The notes under the pieces are model-generated. The model made no database searches and had not been told where the DNA came from. It saw only the letters and a program-made list of their open reading frames with translations. From Squalus acanthias (lineage: Eukaryota), in contig CM059433.1 in the NCBI GenBank assembly GCA_030390025.1, positions 19,904,001 to 19,968,000 of the forward strand: a stretch of 64,000 nt of DNA. The letters run 5' to 3'. Below, in pieces: positions 1 to 11,925 of the stretch. A program made the translations under genes and the position numbers. Every line of letters begins with the position of its first letter. Within the stretch, counting starts at the first letter, position 1.

Positions 1-129
1 CAGTTGGGGTTGATGCTCATTAGGAGGCAGTGAAGGGAGTTTGATGGGATCTTTGGAGAATGCTTAGAGAGCTCAGAGTGTAGCTGTAGGCTTATCTAAG
101 GGGGATCCAAGCCTGGGATGGCAGCAGAA

Positions 130-860
130 GAGTATGAAGGCAGAGTAGTGATGAGTTGGGGTAGGAACTGTGGGGAGAAAAGTACTCGAGAAGGGACAAA
201 TGAATGGTAGCATGACTAGGTGACAGGAAGGAGAGGAGACACAGTAAAAGGACCTGACAGAGACCAAGATGAAAAAAAGGGAGCTAGAAGTAATGGGCTT
301 GGGTCTGGAGCAACAGCCAAAATGCGCATGTGAATGGGCACATAGGCATGACCGAGATTAGGAGAGACATAGAGATAGAAAATATATGATAGGCATACAG
401 AATTGAAGACATACAGACAGAGAGAGAAAAAGGGATTGACAGACATGGAGAGGTCAAGGCATGTGCGCTATGTGTAAAGAAATCATAAACCTGCTTATAC
501 AAGAGATGGTTCGTGATTTTTTTTTACACAATGCACACTGGAATTTCCCCCCACAGAGAAGGGGGTGTGAGAGGCATTCAGAGAGATTGGGAGATATTTT
601 TTTTCAATTTTTGTCTGATTCCGCTCCTGTGAAGTACCTCGGGATGTTGAATTACGTTAAAGGTAGAAATGAAGGAGATATTTATAGAAAGGTGGAGAGA
701 TGAAAAGTGATGAGAGACAACAGACAGAGATATCAATGAGTGAAAGTATGTGAGACAGGGGGAGATGGAATGAATATAAGACAAGTAGAAAGACAGAGGG
801 AGATGGATAGAACTAGACAGTGCAAAACAAGTAGACAGTTACAAGGAGTGAGAGGTATGA
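130..860. repeat. GA-rich low-complexity tract
   Basis: Purine-rich AGAC/AGAG/GATAG repeats; the ORFs here are compositionally biased artefacts. Confidence 0.6.
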
Positions 861-1261
861 TAGTTATTTATTTTTAGCTGGAAGCAACGTTACAGGAGAT
901 CAATTAGTTGTTATTAAAATTGCACTCCAAATATCTTAATGGTTTAGAGTGCCTTCCCCAAGATCCCTCAGAATATAAATAAGTTGTTTCTTCAAAATAT
1001 TCTCTTCCGAGCAGATAGAAGCATTGATCCCTGTGAACAATCAGCAGGGAGATTGTTTGTATTATTTACACTAATAACTCGAGTCCCTCTCAAAATTAAC
1101 TTGCAAAAGATGTGCAATATTTTGTTTGTGCCTCTGCAAAAAATGTATTTCCTGTTGTTTGTACCTAGTATTATGCAGCATTGCTGAATAGGGAACTGAA
1201 AACATAAGGCAGAATCGAAGCATTTCCAATCTGTGCAAACCAGGAATTTGGAAACAACATA

Positions 1262-2235
1262 TTAACATATAAAACTGAAGGACAGGAAGAGACCAGTTGG
1301 TCCATCGAGCCTGTCCCATATGATCATGGTGCATCTTAGGCAAAATAGAACCTCCATTCACGGTACCAGCCTCCCGCCACCATCCAGATGTGTAATCTCC
1401 TGGGAGAGGCAAAGCAAAAGAAAAAAAATCTGAGGCCAATTTAGGGTTGGAAAAATTTGGAAATTCCTCTCCGATCCCAGAAAATTATCAAACAAGTTCC
1501 AGGAGACCATGCTGATGAGTGGAAAAAACAACCCCCAGTATCCCATCTATCTTCTATATGTAGTGATGTTGGCCACTCAGGAACTTATCTAGCTCCCTGT
1601 TTGAATGTTTGCAGTGAATCAGCACTCACTGCATGAACTGGCAACTTGTTCCATAGGTTGACAACTCTCTGTGAAAAGAAGTACTTCCTGACATCTAACT
1701 TCAGTTTTGTGCTCACGTAACTTCCACTCATGTCCCTTGGCTGTCCCTGACCTATCTAACTCAAATTGCCTATCACATGGACTGAATCTAATGCTTTCAT
1801 GGTTTTAAAGACCTCAGTAAAATCTCTTTTTTTAGAGTAAAACCCCCAGCTCTCTAAGTCTATCATGGTAACCAAGGATCTTTAAAGTAGGTATCAATCT
1901 AGTGTCCCTTCTCTGAAACTTTTCCACGGTCTTGATATCACCTATCATGGGAGGGGAATAAAACAGGACACAATATTCTAAATGAGACCTAACAAAAGCC
2001 TTCTACAAAGACTGTATAGTAGTTTTTGTTTTTGTATTTAAGCATTCTGGCAATACATCCCAACATTCTGTTTGCTTTTGCAATCGCCTCACAGCACTGG
2101 TTGTGGACTCTCAGTGATCCAAGTATTATAACATCGAGGTATTTCTCCCGCTCAAAAGCCTTGGATCATGCAACCTTCCATGGTGTACACATTTTTGGTG
2201 TTGGTCCTGCTCCTGTGTACAACACTACATTTAAG
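1262..2235 (-). mobile_element. Degraded CR1 LINE, 3' part (RT C-terminus and 3'UTR)
   Basis: Minus strand resembles the CR1 RT C-terminal region (ttcacagagagttgtcaacctatggaacaagttgcca, a FTQRVVNLWNxLP-like motif) followed by a CR1-type 3' end. Confidence 0.7.
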
Positions 2236-2514
2236 GGAAGCTGAAATGTTCATTTGAAAGTTACAAAAACAAGTCACAGGAGATAACTAAGGAAATTAAA
2301 AGTTGCCCTTTGCATGCGTGCCCAAGAAGCAAACTTAACCAAGAGTTGAGATGGTGTACAAGATAACTCAATAGCAGAATATTTTTTATCCATTTTCCTT
2401 CTAGATATTGGTAATAATGCTAGTATTTATATAGAGCTTTATCATACCAAAACATTGCAAAGCACATTTTCCAAGATTTCAGAAGCTATTCTCCAACATA
2501 TACTACAAGCAGCA

Positions 2515-2700
2515 ATTAGATAGGAACAGAGGAACAGGAGTCGGCCATTCAGTCCCTCGAGCCTGCTCCACCATTCAATAAGATCATGGCTGATCTGCGA
2601 CCTAACTCCATATATCTGTCTTTGGCCCATATCCCTTAATACCTTTGGTTAACAGAAAGCTATCAATCTCCGATTTAAAATTAACAATTGATCTAACATC
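2515..2700 (-). mobile_element. CR1 3'-end fragment
   Basis: ggccattcagtccctcgagcctgctccaccattcaataagatcatggctgatc, shared with many other CR1 tails in the window. Confidence 0.8.
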
Positions 2701-2719
2701 AGTGCCCAGTGAATTTTTT

Positions 2720-2978
2720 TTTGGTGCTAATGGTTGAGGGAAGAATGCTAGCCAGATTACCAGGAGAATGACTTGCTATTCAAAATAGCACCATGCGATC
2801 TTTTAACCTGCCTCTGAAAAGAGCAGGTTCTCGGTTTATCATCTTCCAAAGGACACACCTCTGACAATGCAGCATTCCCTTAGTCTCAGCATTGATTAAT
2901 AGTTCAAATGCTGGGGTGCTGACTTGAATCCATAACCTTCCGAGCCCAGAGGAGAGAGGACCACCAAATGAGTCAAGC
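2720..2978 (-). mobile_element. Degraded Deu-domain SINE (SacSINE1-like)
   Basis: Reverse complement aligns by eye to the intact copy at 28951-29415. Confidence 0.65.
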
Positions 2979-4028
2979 TGACATGTGGTGATATATGATG
3001 AAAGGTGCAGTCAAGTTTCTGCAGAAACTACTGGTTGGCAGTGAAACAGTTATTAAGAAATCTGTCATCTCATAATCCAGCAGGAGGGATAGAATTAGTT
3101 GAAGAATATTCAAAGGGTTGAAGTTCAGACGTACTGATGTAAATGTAACAAAGGCTGCAGGACACAGGAGTGGTACACAGCGTTGGAAAATGCTGTTCTG
3201 AGTCCATTCTTTGTGATAAGACCAGAAGCACAATCCTGGAATTGTTATCTTGTTAGCATGATATTGATGGCGAGAAAATTGCAAAGGAAGCAATTTAAAA
3301 GCATTTAGTAAAATTAAAAGTAGTAAATCCAAGCGACGGGCATGTTGGATAAGGTGGTTGGTATGTATTTTGATTTTCTGAAACTATTTGAGGTTTTGGT
3401 GGGAGAACTGACTAAAGCACGTTTGTGTTAAATCCAGGTTTTGAGATGGGCCAGATTTTGCTGTGAAAATAATGGCGAGGATAACAGAGCTCATCATTAT
3501 TTATGCGCAAATCGGACAGCAACTTCCTGCGAGCGGAGATGCGCAGTTAAATGCGAAAATCCAGAGGTTGCTGTCCAACATGCGCCGTTCCTCCATAAAC
3601 TGCATGAAAACAGCATCTCGCCGTCTGGCTCCCCATTCTATTGTATTGAATGGTGTGAAGTTCCTGTACTGCCATCGTAGATCCGGACTAAACTCGCCAC
3701 AGAAAGTTAAGTCAAGTCATTCCAGTTTTTTTTTTTACTTTTCCATTCTGTCTCTTTTTTTTCCTCTCTCTCTTTACATAGGATATACAGCACAGAAACA
3801 GGCCATTCTGCCCAACCAGTCCATGCCGGCGTTTATGCTCCACTCGAGCCTCCTCCCGTCTTTCCTCATCTAACTCTGTCAGCATAACCCTCTATGCCCT
3901 TCTCCCTCATATGCTTATCTAGCCTCCCCTTAGCCTCTTAATTCCATCTTTCTTTCCCTCTCTTTATTTCACTTTCTGCACCTGATTTGACATTGAATTC
4001 ACTATTCTAACTTACACTTCCTGGTCTA

Positions 4029-5827
4029 GGGCTGGATTTTACCAACCGCGGCGGGTCCGTGGCGTGCGACATCCGTGGCAGGTCCCGACTCCACAGCTGT
4101 GTCGATCCTGGCCTCCGACATGATTTTACATTGATTGGGCTTGTTAAGCCCGCCCTGTGAGGTTAACGGCCAATTAAAAGGAAGCGGGTCTGATGACATC
4201 ATTTGATGGCGCGTCATCAGCCGGTTTCCTTAAAGGGGCCATGTCCACATTCATTTTGACAGTTGTACTTTCAGTGTTCTGCAGCATTGAGGTGCTGCAA
4301 ACACTGACAGGCACTGCACAAAGGTGCACGGCTGCACCCAGGCTCCCGCATGACTACCTCCATATGCTTATGGAGGGAGTCACAGCACGCAGGGAGGTTC
4401 TCTTCCCTTCCAATGGCCGGAAGAGACCTCCCCAGGACACCAACGCAGCCTGGTTGCACGTTGCACAGGAGGGCAGAAGCAGGAATGTCGTCAGGGGGAC
4501 CAGGCTGCAGTGGCGCAAACCTTTCAATGATCTCAGTAGATCACGAAACGTTACTGCAAAGCCACACTCAACCTCATCCAGCTGTGCCACTCATCATATC
4601 CCCATCATTCTGCCTTCCCTACCCTACTCCTGCACATCCTTACTCACACCAACTTACCTTGCACCTCCACCCATCCCTCTCTATCTACATTATCACTTCC
4701 CCATCTCACTAGCCACCCCTCACACTCACCCTCATCCTAGTCCAATCATACCAACTAACAACACACAAGGGTAGGCACTTGGGTGTTTTATGCAATGTTC
4801 ATGTAACGTTTCTGTGTTGTCAAAAATTGAAATCTTTATTTTCAACACTTTGCCTTCTTGGACAGATCTGTGTGCACCTTTAGAAGTATCTGAGTGAGTT
4901 GTAGTGAATGGTGAGACATAATGGTACTCCCCGCAATTATGGTGAGTGTGAAAGGAACGGCTTGGACATTGTCGGGATGCTTTATGGCGTTGGTGTGGGG
5001 TGGTGCCAACCTGGCGCATCATGTGTCAGCCAGGGTGTACAGCGTCAAGTGAAGTAAATCTGGCTATGATGAGGCCATTCTGGCATCCCGGGCAGCAATG
5101 TGGTCAGGTGCTGATGCCCTGTGTCCTGTGCAGCATCAATTGATTGTGGAGAAGGTTGGTGTTGTTGTTAATGCTGCTGGTGTGCCTGGTGATGCTGGTG
5201 TACCTAGTGCTGCTGGTGTTGGGGCTGATTGTAGTGGGATTCTGAGGACCAAGGTGAGATTTTTTCAAGGGCACCAATGCTGCTGGTATAGATGGCAGCT
5301 GAAGTTGAGATGACAGAAGCGATCTGTCAATGGTGAGATAGGTTGCTCCAAGGAGGTGATAGTGGATAGAGAGTTTACTCCAAACGCTTCCAAACTGCAT
5401 ACAGCTCAAAAGTGTCTTCCAAATCCTGAAGGCTCCAGCTTCTAAGATTGGAAAGTGAACAGCTGTGAAATGGTAGCTTTTATATCACTTTTGCAGCTGT
5501 CACCTATTCACAGCAATGGGGAGTCATTGAGAACCCGACAGACTTACCTGACGTGATCTCCGAGCATTGGGAACCTCTGAAAAACCTGTAAAAATGCTAA
5601 GTACCTGGTAAAAATCTTTTTAAATACCTTTTAACCAGCTGTTAATGATGTTAATTGGCTCCCCCGCCGCTTGGTGTCGGGTCTGTGAAGCGAAGACAGA
5701 CCCGGCACTTGGGAAACTGACATGGAGGCGGGCTGAATGCGGACTTCCGCCCCGCTGTCAATCACTGCCATTTTGACAGCTGACCCACCTCCAAACTTGC
5801 ACTCGCAGCGCCGGTCAAATCCCGGCC
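4029..5827 (+). mobile_element. Non-autonomous PIF/Harbinger element retaining Myb/SANT-like coding sequence
   Basis: TIRs gggctggattttacc / ggtcaaatcccggcc; 3-bp TSD CTA; removing it restores ggtctagactc in the host element; highly similar to 34094-35804. Confidence 0.9.
4320..4545 (+). pseudogene. Harbinger Myb/SANT-like DNA-binding domain (first-exon remnant)
   Basis: APRLPHDYLHMLMEGVTARREVLFPSNGRKRPPQDTNAAWLHVAQE...RLQWRKPFNDLSRS fits the Myb/SANT-like pattern (aPRF...L.EgV..Rr..LF...W..IA...QCRKkFNDL). Confidence 0.85.
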
Positions 5828-7039
5828 CTAGACTCTGCGCTGCTCATTAACGATTCTTCAAACTGATTGGTTAAGGAGATACACAGTTGCTTGCCCTGTC
5901 CACGCAGGTCCCACATGCTCTGTAGAGGGCGCCGCGCTGTTTGGATGTCCCAGTGACAGCAACTTGCCATGCGAAACCCCTCAGAAAGCCTGTGGGCATG
6001 TGCAAGTGTAAAGAACAGCTGGCGCCGTTTGTTCGCTGCTCACAGCAAAATTTGGCAGCTTAATGTGACACTGAGCTCTCTAGGTCACCACGACCTGCAT
6101 TTCTTGTATGTCTGTCTGTGGCCACTATGGAAAATTAGTTCCGTCTCTCTGAACGAGTCTATAGAAGTGCAGAGGCACAGAAATCGCTAAGTTATTTATT
6201 TTTTGTGGAATCGAGTGTGGTGTGCTGGCGGTGAGTGGGAGGGTGGCCAAATTGGAATTGTTGAGTTTGGAAATTCGCACAGAGCAGCTTCTAATTCTTG
6301 CTGCTCTTGGGTCCTGAAGCTGTGTTGTGTCAGGTCTGAAGTGCATGAATGCACTGAAGTGAATCAGTGCGTTTTGCATTTTGGTGACAGACCAGGCAAC
6401 CCTGAAAATGTAAAAGGTAAAAGCACCTCACAGCCTCCAGCATAACGCTGGGGGTGTCCAAACTGTGTCAACCCCTGAGCCGTGGCAACCAAGCCCTTGA
6501 AGCCCTGGGCAACTGAGCTCCATTTCCCATATAAAAGCCGATTACAGGAAATTGTACTCCAGGTGGGTTGCCTTGCCCGTCATGAATCCGTACAGGGAAA
6601 TTGTGCCTGTTATTCCTCAAAACGCACTCCCAGTGGGCTAGGCTTTTTAGGTGCGCACATGTGTAAAATCGGCCTTCTGTTTCTTATTTGTCGGATTGTC
6701 CTGCCTGAAATCTGTGTTTCAAAAGGTCTATTGCCTGCTGGGTGGATAAATCCTAAATCACAATACCATGATTTGTTCGTGTCAGCAGCTTGAGATGTAT
6801 GCAAATTAATGGGAACATATGTGGCCTGTGAGGCTCTGTGGTAGGAAGATGTGACCTACGAAGACAAAAAGCTTGGATACCCCAGGATTAGGGAATCCAC
6901 AGAACTTATAAATTGCTGCATACCCAAAAATAGTGTAGTTATTAAAGCTGATTAGTCTAATTAGGAAACTCAGAGCGGAGGAAACTCCCAGGACTGCTGA
7001 TTAATAACCTTCAGAAAAATACTGCAATTTTGCAGATAA

Positions 7040-7190
7040 CAGCAACAACAATTTGCATTTATATAGTGCCTCTAACATAGAAAAGCATCCCAAGGAGCTT
7101 GTAAGAAAAAAATGGATGCCACACTAACGAAGGAGATATTAGGAGGGGTGTTAGGGTTTGAGGGTCTTAAAGAAGGCGAAGTAGATGGAT
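7040..7190 (-). mobile_element. L2 3'-end fragment
   Basis: aacaacaatttgcatttatatagtgcc tail, matching the other L2 tails. Confidence 0.6.
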
Positions 7191-7781
7191 GACGGTCAAG
7201 TTTCTGGGGCAGTTTGTTAAGCGTCAATTAAAGGCGACTGCAAATTTATTTATTTTGATAAAATCTCGTCAGTTAAACAATTTTTATTCAAAATAATAGA
7301 GCTGTCTCCATTATCATGTTCCTTCATTGTTCATACAAATTTATGCATCATCACTCATTAAGCAACCACACTTGCAGAGAAATAGTCAGCATCAACTTAT
7401 TAGAAATATTTCGATTAAGTAACTTGAACCACAAAAAAAACCTATGTGCCTAAAATTCCTCTGTGTTTGAGCAAATGCATGTATTATGTGTGCTGTAAGG
7501 ATACAGAAAATTAGTACTTTAGCATTAGTGGGCCATTCGACTACTTTTGTCCCTACAGTCAAAATTGCTGTGAAGATGGAACCAGATTACTGCATGTTAA
7601 TGCAGACTCGGTGTTGAAGTTTTCTGGGGGGGTTTATTAAGCACCAATTAAGGACGACTGCAAATTTATTCATGCTTGCCTTCCAGCTCACATCATGTTA
7701 ATGGTTCCCACTATATAAAGGTGGCACTAGTGAAGCAGGGTGAGTCAGCAGAAGGCCAGCATGGAGCACAGCAGGAGATAC

Positions 7782-8300
7782 TGGCTCAGAAATTGCTGGA
7801 AAAATAAGGGTGAGTTCACGGCGCCCGCCATTATTAGTTCTCAAAAAATTCAGCTATTTGTGGCGATAAAGAGATCTGCTATGAGTTCAGATTCTCCACA
7901 AATCGCTGGACGATTTGCCGCTAGTCTCGACAAAACCGAAAAAATTGCAACCTCGCCGCAAACCTTCCCATTGAAATGAATTGCATGTCATGAAATTTCT
8001 GGATTTCCACCATTAATGCGAATTAACTTCGCCGCAGTCATTTAGGGCTGGCAATTTATGTCGTGAGGACCCAGTTAATTACATGATTTATGCTCCTGAG
8101 ATGACACTGAACCTTGGAGGACCAGCAAAGGAACAATGCAGCTGTGGAGTCTCACTCCAGCAGGTAGTGAATAGTTCCTAGCTGTTTCTTAAACTTTTTT
8201 TATCTATCTTGGCAGTATTTTTGTGTCAGTCTTGCCATCCACACACCTGATAGTGTCGGAAGGCAATCATTTTCAGGATGCAATGCTGTTTCGACACTCA
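7782..8300. mobile_element. Harbinger-like family B left arm
   Basis: TIR-like ggctcagaaattgctgg; shares gctgtggagtctcactccagcaggt with 29770-29790 (reverse) and 42085-42115. Confidence 0.6.
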
Positions 8301-8574
8301 GAAATGCAAATTAGGTAGATTCTTTCAGAAGTTAGCATTTTGGGATGCAGTATATGAGTAATTTGAGACATGACGTGGTACGTGTAGCATGCTTGGGAGG
8401 AAAAAGGTGGCTTTGGACCTACGGATCCCAAAGCTTTCCGCCACTGGGATTTTCCTCATCTCATGTCTGGGTCTGTTGCAGACTAATTGATAGAGATTGA
8501 TTGCTGTGATTAGTCAACAACTCCAGTATCATTGTATCATGCGACTACCAGGAGGATTCCTCGTGTATTCTGTG

Positions 8575-8935
8575 GCGAAGACAAGTTGGGCCATAGGCTT
8601 CTTGGATCTTTGAGTTTACAGCTTGAAATGTGGCCCATGACACTGTTAGACAACCTCTGTATCTTTCAGCAAAGAACATAGCATGACCCACACTTCAGAG
8701 GCAGGATGTTGAGCAGACACATTGGCATATTTCGACAATATTTCTGATGTTTGCACTGCACCTGGAGATGCAGTACTGTATGAACCATCGACAGTTAGCA
8801 CTCTGGCTGAATGCTGCATGCTGCAAAACATAGCAATGGAAATAAAAATGTAGGTGGAAGATAAGCTGCCACAAGCCATGGCAGAGGAGAAGGCGGAGAA
8901 GGATGATGAAGAGTTAGCAGAAGCTCAGCACTCAC
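8575..8935 (+). pseudogene. Degraded Harbinger (HARBI1-like) transposase, C-terminal part
   Basis: Frameshifted translation LEMWPMT...DVEQ-IGIFRQYF*CLH...GDAVLYEPSTVSTLAECCMLQNIA plus an acidic tail matches the HARBI1 pattern WLMTP...IEqTIG.LKqRFRCL...LqYsP..V....CCMLHN.A. Confidence 0.75.
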
Positions 8936-9649
8936 TGCAGGATGTGTCCACCAGGTTCTATTTCACAGTTCCTTCCTTGAGGCTTGCCTTTGTTGCATTC
9001 ATTTTTTTTTGATGTAAATAATTATTCTTCAGTAACACAGTTAATGGGTAAACTATTAATTTAGAAAAGGAACAATGACTGCAGGGTACAAGGTAGCTCT
9101 TTATTGAATGTGATCGTGAGGATGCAGTGTGTGTTTAATATGATCAGTAGCCTCCTCCTATTCAGCCGCCACCTCTACCCCAGAGAAGTGACTAACCCTG
9201 TTCTTCCTCCTGTAAATCACTAGAACTCTCTGGACTGTGTGTGTGCCAGGGTGATGCGAGTTTGAAGTGGTGATAACTCTACGTGTTGTCAGATGGCCTG
9301 GCTCGCTGCTCCTGGCTTATGACATCTATGTAACAAGAAGAAAAGATAATAATCAATCGGCCAAGCTGGCCATACCATTGATGTGCAGATACTACTTCAC
9401 GCATTACATGGTGTGACTATCACTGCTTTACGCCTGCTGAAACTCATTTGCACAGAGAGCGTATGTGATTAGAACTGTACGCACCTTAAGCATATTACTC
9501 TCCTCCAGCCTTGCACATCACCCACATTGTGGTCAGTTTTCCAGTTGGTGGCATCAATGACAGTGTATTTGAAAGGGGTAAGAGGTTTGGCCTGTTTAAT
9601 CTCGTTTAATTGTCTGCCCTTTGTGTCTTCTGTGGCTGGGTGGACAAAA

Positions 9650-9802
9650 ATGAGAAGTCGCACAACACCAGCTTTCGGAGCTGCTGCTCCTTCGTCAGGT
9701 AGAGGTACTGTACCTCTACCTGACGAAGGAGCAGCAGCTCTGAAAGCTCGTAATTTTAAATAAAACTGTTGGACTATAACCTGGTGTTGTGTGACTTCTC
9801 AT
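9650..9802. mobile_element. Penelope-like pLTR fold-back (two inverted copies)
   Basis: Both arms match the PLE terminus at 62408-62492; 39-bp stem with a 1-nt loop at 9670-9748. Confidence 0.85.
9717..9752 (+). ncRNA. Minimal type I hammerhead ribozyme
   Basis: TAC-CTGACGA-A-GGAGC(AGCA)GCTCT-GAAA-GC-TC^GTA: core, stem II, palindromic AGCT stem III, CUC triplet, stem I TAC/GTA. Confidence 0.8.
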
Positions 9803-11236
9803 CTCCTGTTGGAGGCAGCCTTTTTTTTAAATAAGAAAACAAATTCGTAATTCATGAGTGAGTATGCTGCGTATTATAGGCAGCAGCACAATTTGCACTG
9901 ACTATCTGAATGGAAAATATCTTACCGACAGCACGTTTGTGAGAATGCCTGAGAGCTGACTGTCAGGCTATATGTGTGAATAATTAGTCGGCCTTCAGTC
10001 TTATCCAGGTGCATCATTCTAGATTCCCCTTTGTTGCTCCCTACTGTGCTCGTTCTTGAGTATGCTCATTACTTCCCTTTGTGCTTCATTTGTATCAGGT
10101 TACTGATTCTTGTTAAGTACACTAAGATACTCTAACAAACCTAGCTGACACCTGTAACATACTTTGGTCATTATTAGTCACTTGCATATATGGCAGGCTG
10201 TGCTTATTCATGCACACTATCATTTCACACTCTTCTTCGAGTCTGACACCTTTTCTATATCCCTTTCAAATGACCTTGCATTGACTTCATGTGTGATGGT
10301 CTCAGAGTGGCAGTCTGGGGATTGGTGGGTTGTCTCTCCACTCCATTGAGAGCACTTTGCTGTGCCCTCTACTCTCTGCTGATCTATCTGTACATCCTAC
10401 TCGATGTCTTCTGAACTTCATTTATCACAGAAATTGTGCCCGTCATGGCTCACAGTGGACTATTTATATCGGTTAAGTGGCCGTTTAGCTCGTTGAGCAC
10501 TATTCTTGCATGTACCTTCTAATTGGCTGTTTAGTTGTGCATTCTTTTTAATGCACCCTAATTCATTGCCTGGAGAGAGAGATTTTTACTCAGCTCCACC
10601 ACTGATAAATGCAGCAGTTTTGTTTGTTCAACCCATGGGAGCTGTTTGTCACCTGATATATAAACTCAGCAGCTTTGCATTGGATCCATGTAAATATGCC
10701 CAGCATATTGCAAAACTTGGTATGCCACTCAGGTCATAAACTTGGACCATCTGGGTTTCTGTCATAAAATGGTATTTCACCTTGCCTTCCTTCTGCACAG
10801 TTTCCTCACAGTATCGGTTTTCATTATTAACTGAGTTAAAAATGACATCGGTCTTCTACTATTACCATGCTGCAAACTAGGCAAGGCTAACAGCAACTAA
10901 CAACGAGTCCAGTTCTTATGAATGGCTGCACTTGGAACCCTGACTCACCTTTTTCTTTCAGACTCTGACTAACTTGCTGTTGGTTGCTAGCATTGTCTGA
11001 TTATTATTTTCTTTTTTGCATTTAATCATCCTGGCAATAAATTCTAACGCTCTGATTTTGCAGTTGGCTCGTGGCAATGGTCGTGGACCTTCAGAGATTC
11101 ATGTACCATACACCGAAACCTTTCCAATATTCCTCCTGCTGAGCAGTATTAAACTCACAACACTGCATGGTGTTGGTCCTACCCATGTGTATAACACTAC
11201 ATTGATTTGCATTAAATGGCATTCCCTCATCACATC

Positions 11237-11652
11237 TAGAAACATAGAATCTAGGAGCAGGAGTAGGCCATTCGGCCCGTCGAACCTGCTCCACCATTCA
11301 ATACGATCATGGCTGATCATTCAAATCCAGTACCCTGTCCCTGCTTTAATCCCCACAGTACACATATCCCACCCTACCCCCGTAACCCCACGTATTTAAT
11401 TCCCCCTAACATATCCCATCCCCCCACATATTTAATCCCCCCCTAACACTAAGGGTCAATTTATCATAGCCAAATCAACCTAACCCGCACATTTTTGGAC
11501 TGTGGGAGGAAACCGGAGCACCCGGAGGAAACCCACGCAGACACGGGGAGAATGTGCAAACTCCACACAGACAGTCACCCGAAGTCAGATTCGAACCCGG
11601 GTCCCTGGCGCTGTGAGGCACCAGTGCTAACCACTATGCCACTGTGTTGCCC
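11237..11652 (-). mobile_element. V-SINE (HE1-like tRNA-derived SINE) with CR1 tail
   Basis: Reverse complement has A/B boxes (tggcatagtgg, ggttcgaatc), the V core gggtttcctccgggtgctccggtttcctcccac and a CR1-derived tail. Confidence 0.9.
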
Positions 11653-11659
11653 ACCTAGA

Positions 11660-11925
11660 TCATCTAGAACAGCCTGTAGTCTGTATTTTTTCTCCTGAGG
11701 TCCTAACACCCAGACAAATCTTTGAATCATCCACAAACTTGCGGACAGTTCCTCCGACACCTTCATCCAGATCATTGGTAAAGATGGTGAACATGAGCAT
11801 TCCTAACATCGATCCCTAGGGGACTTCACTAGTGACCAGTCTTCACACAGAATCACGACTGTTCAGAACAATCTTCTGTCTATGAGAATGAAACCAATTC
11901 CTTATCTAACCCAAAACCTGCCCAT
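11660..11925 (-). mobile_element. Degraded CR1 RT fragment (continues at about 11020-11230)
   Basis: Reverse strand resembles the RT region W..VTSgVPqGS.LG..LFtIF.NDLD. Confidence 0.55.

Larger units (their letters stand above)
3448..6058. mobile_element. Non-autonomous Harbinger-like element (family B) hosting nested insertions
   Basis: TIRs gggccagattttgctgtg / cacagcaaaatttggcag; internal sequence similar to 28916-30125 and 41738-42500; interrupted by a CR1 tail (about 3775-3932) and by the 4029-5827 element. Confidence 0.75.
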
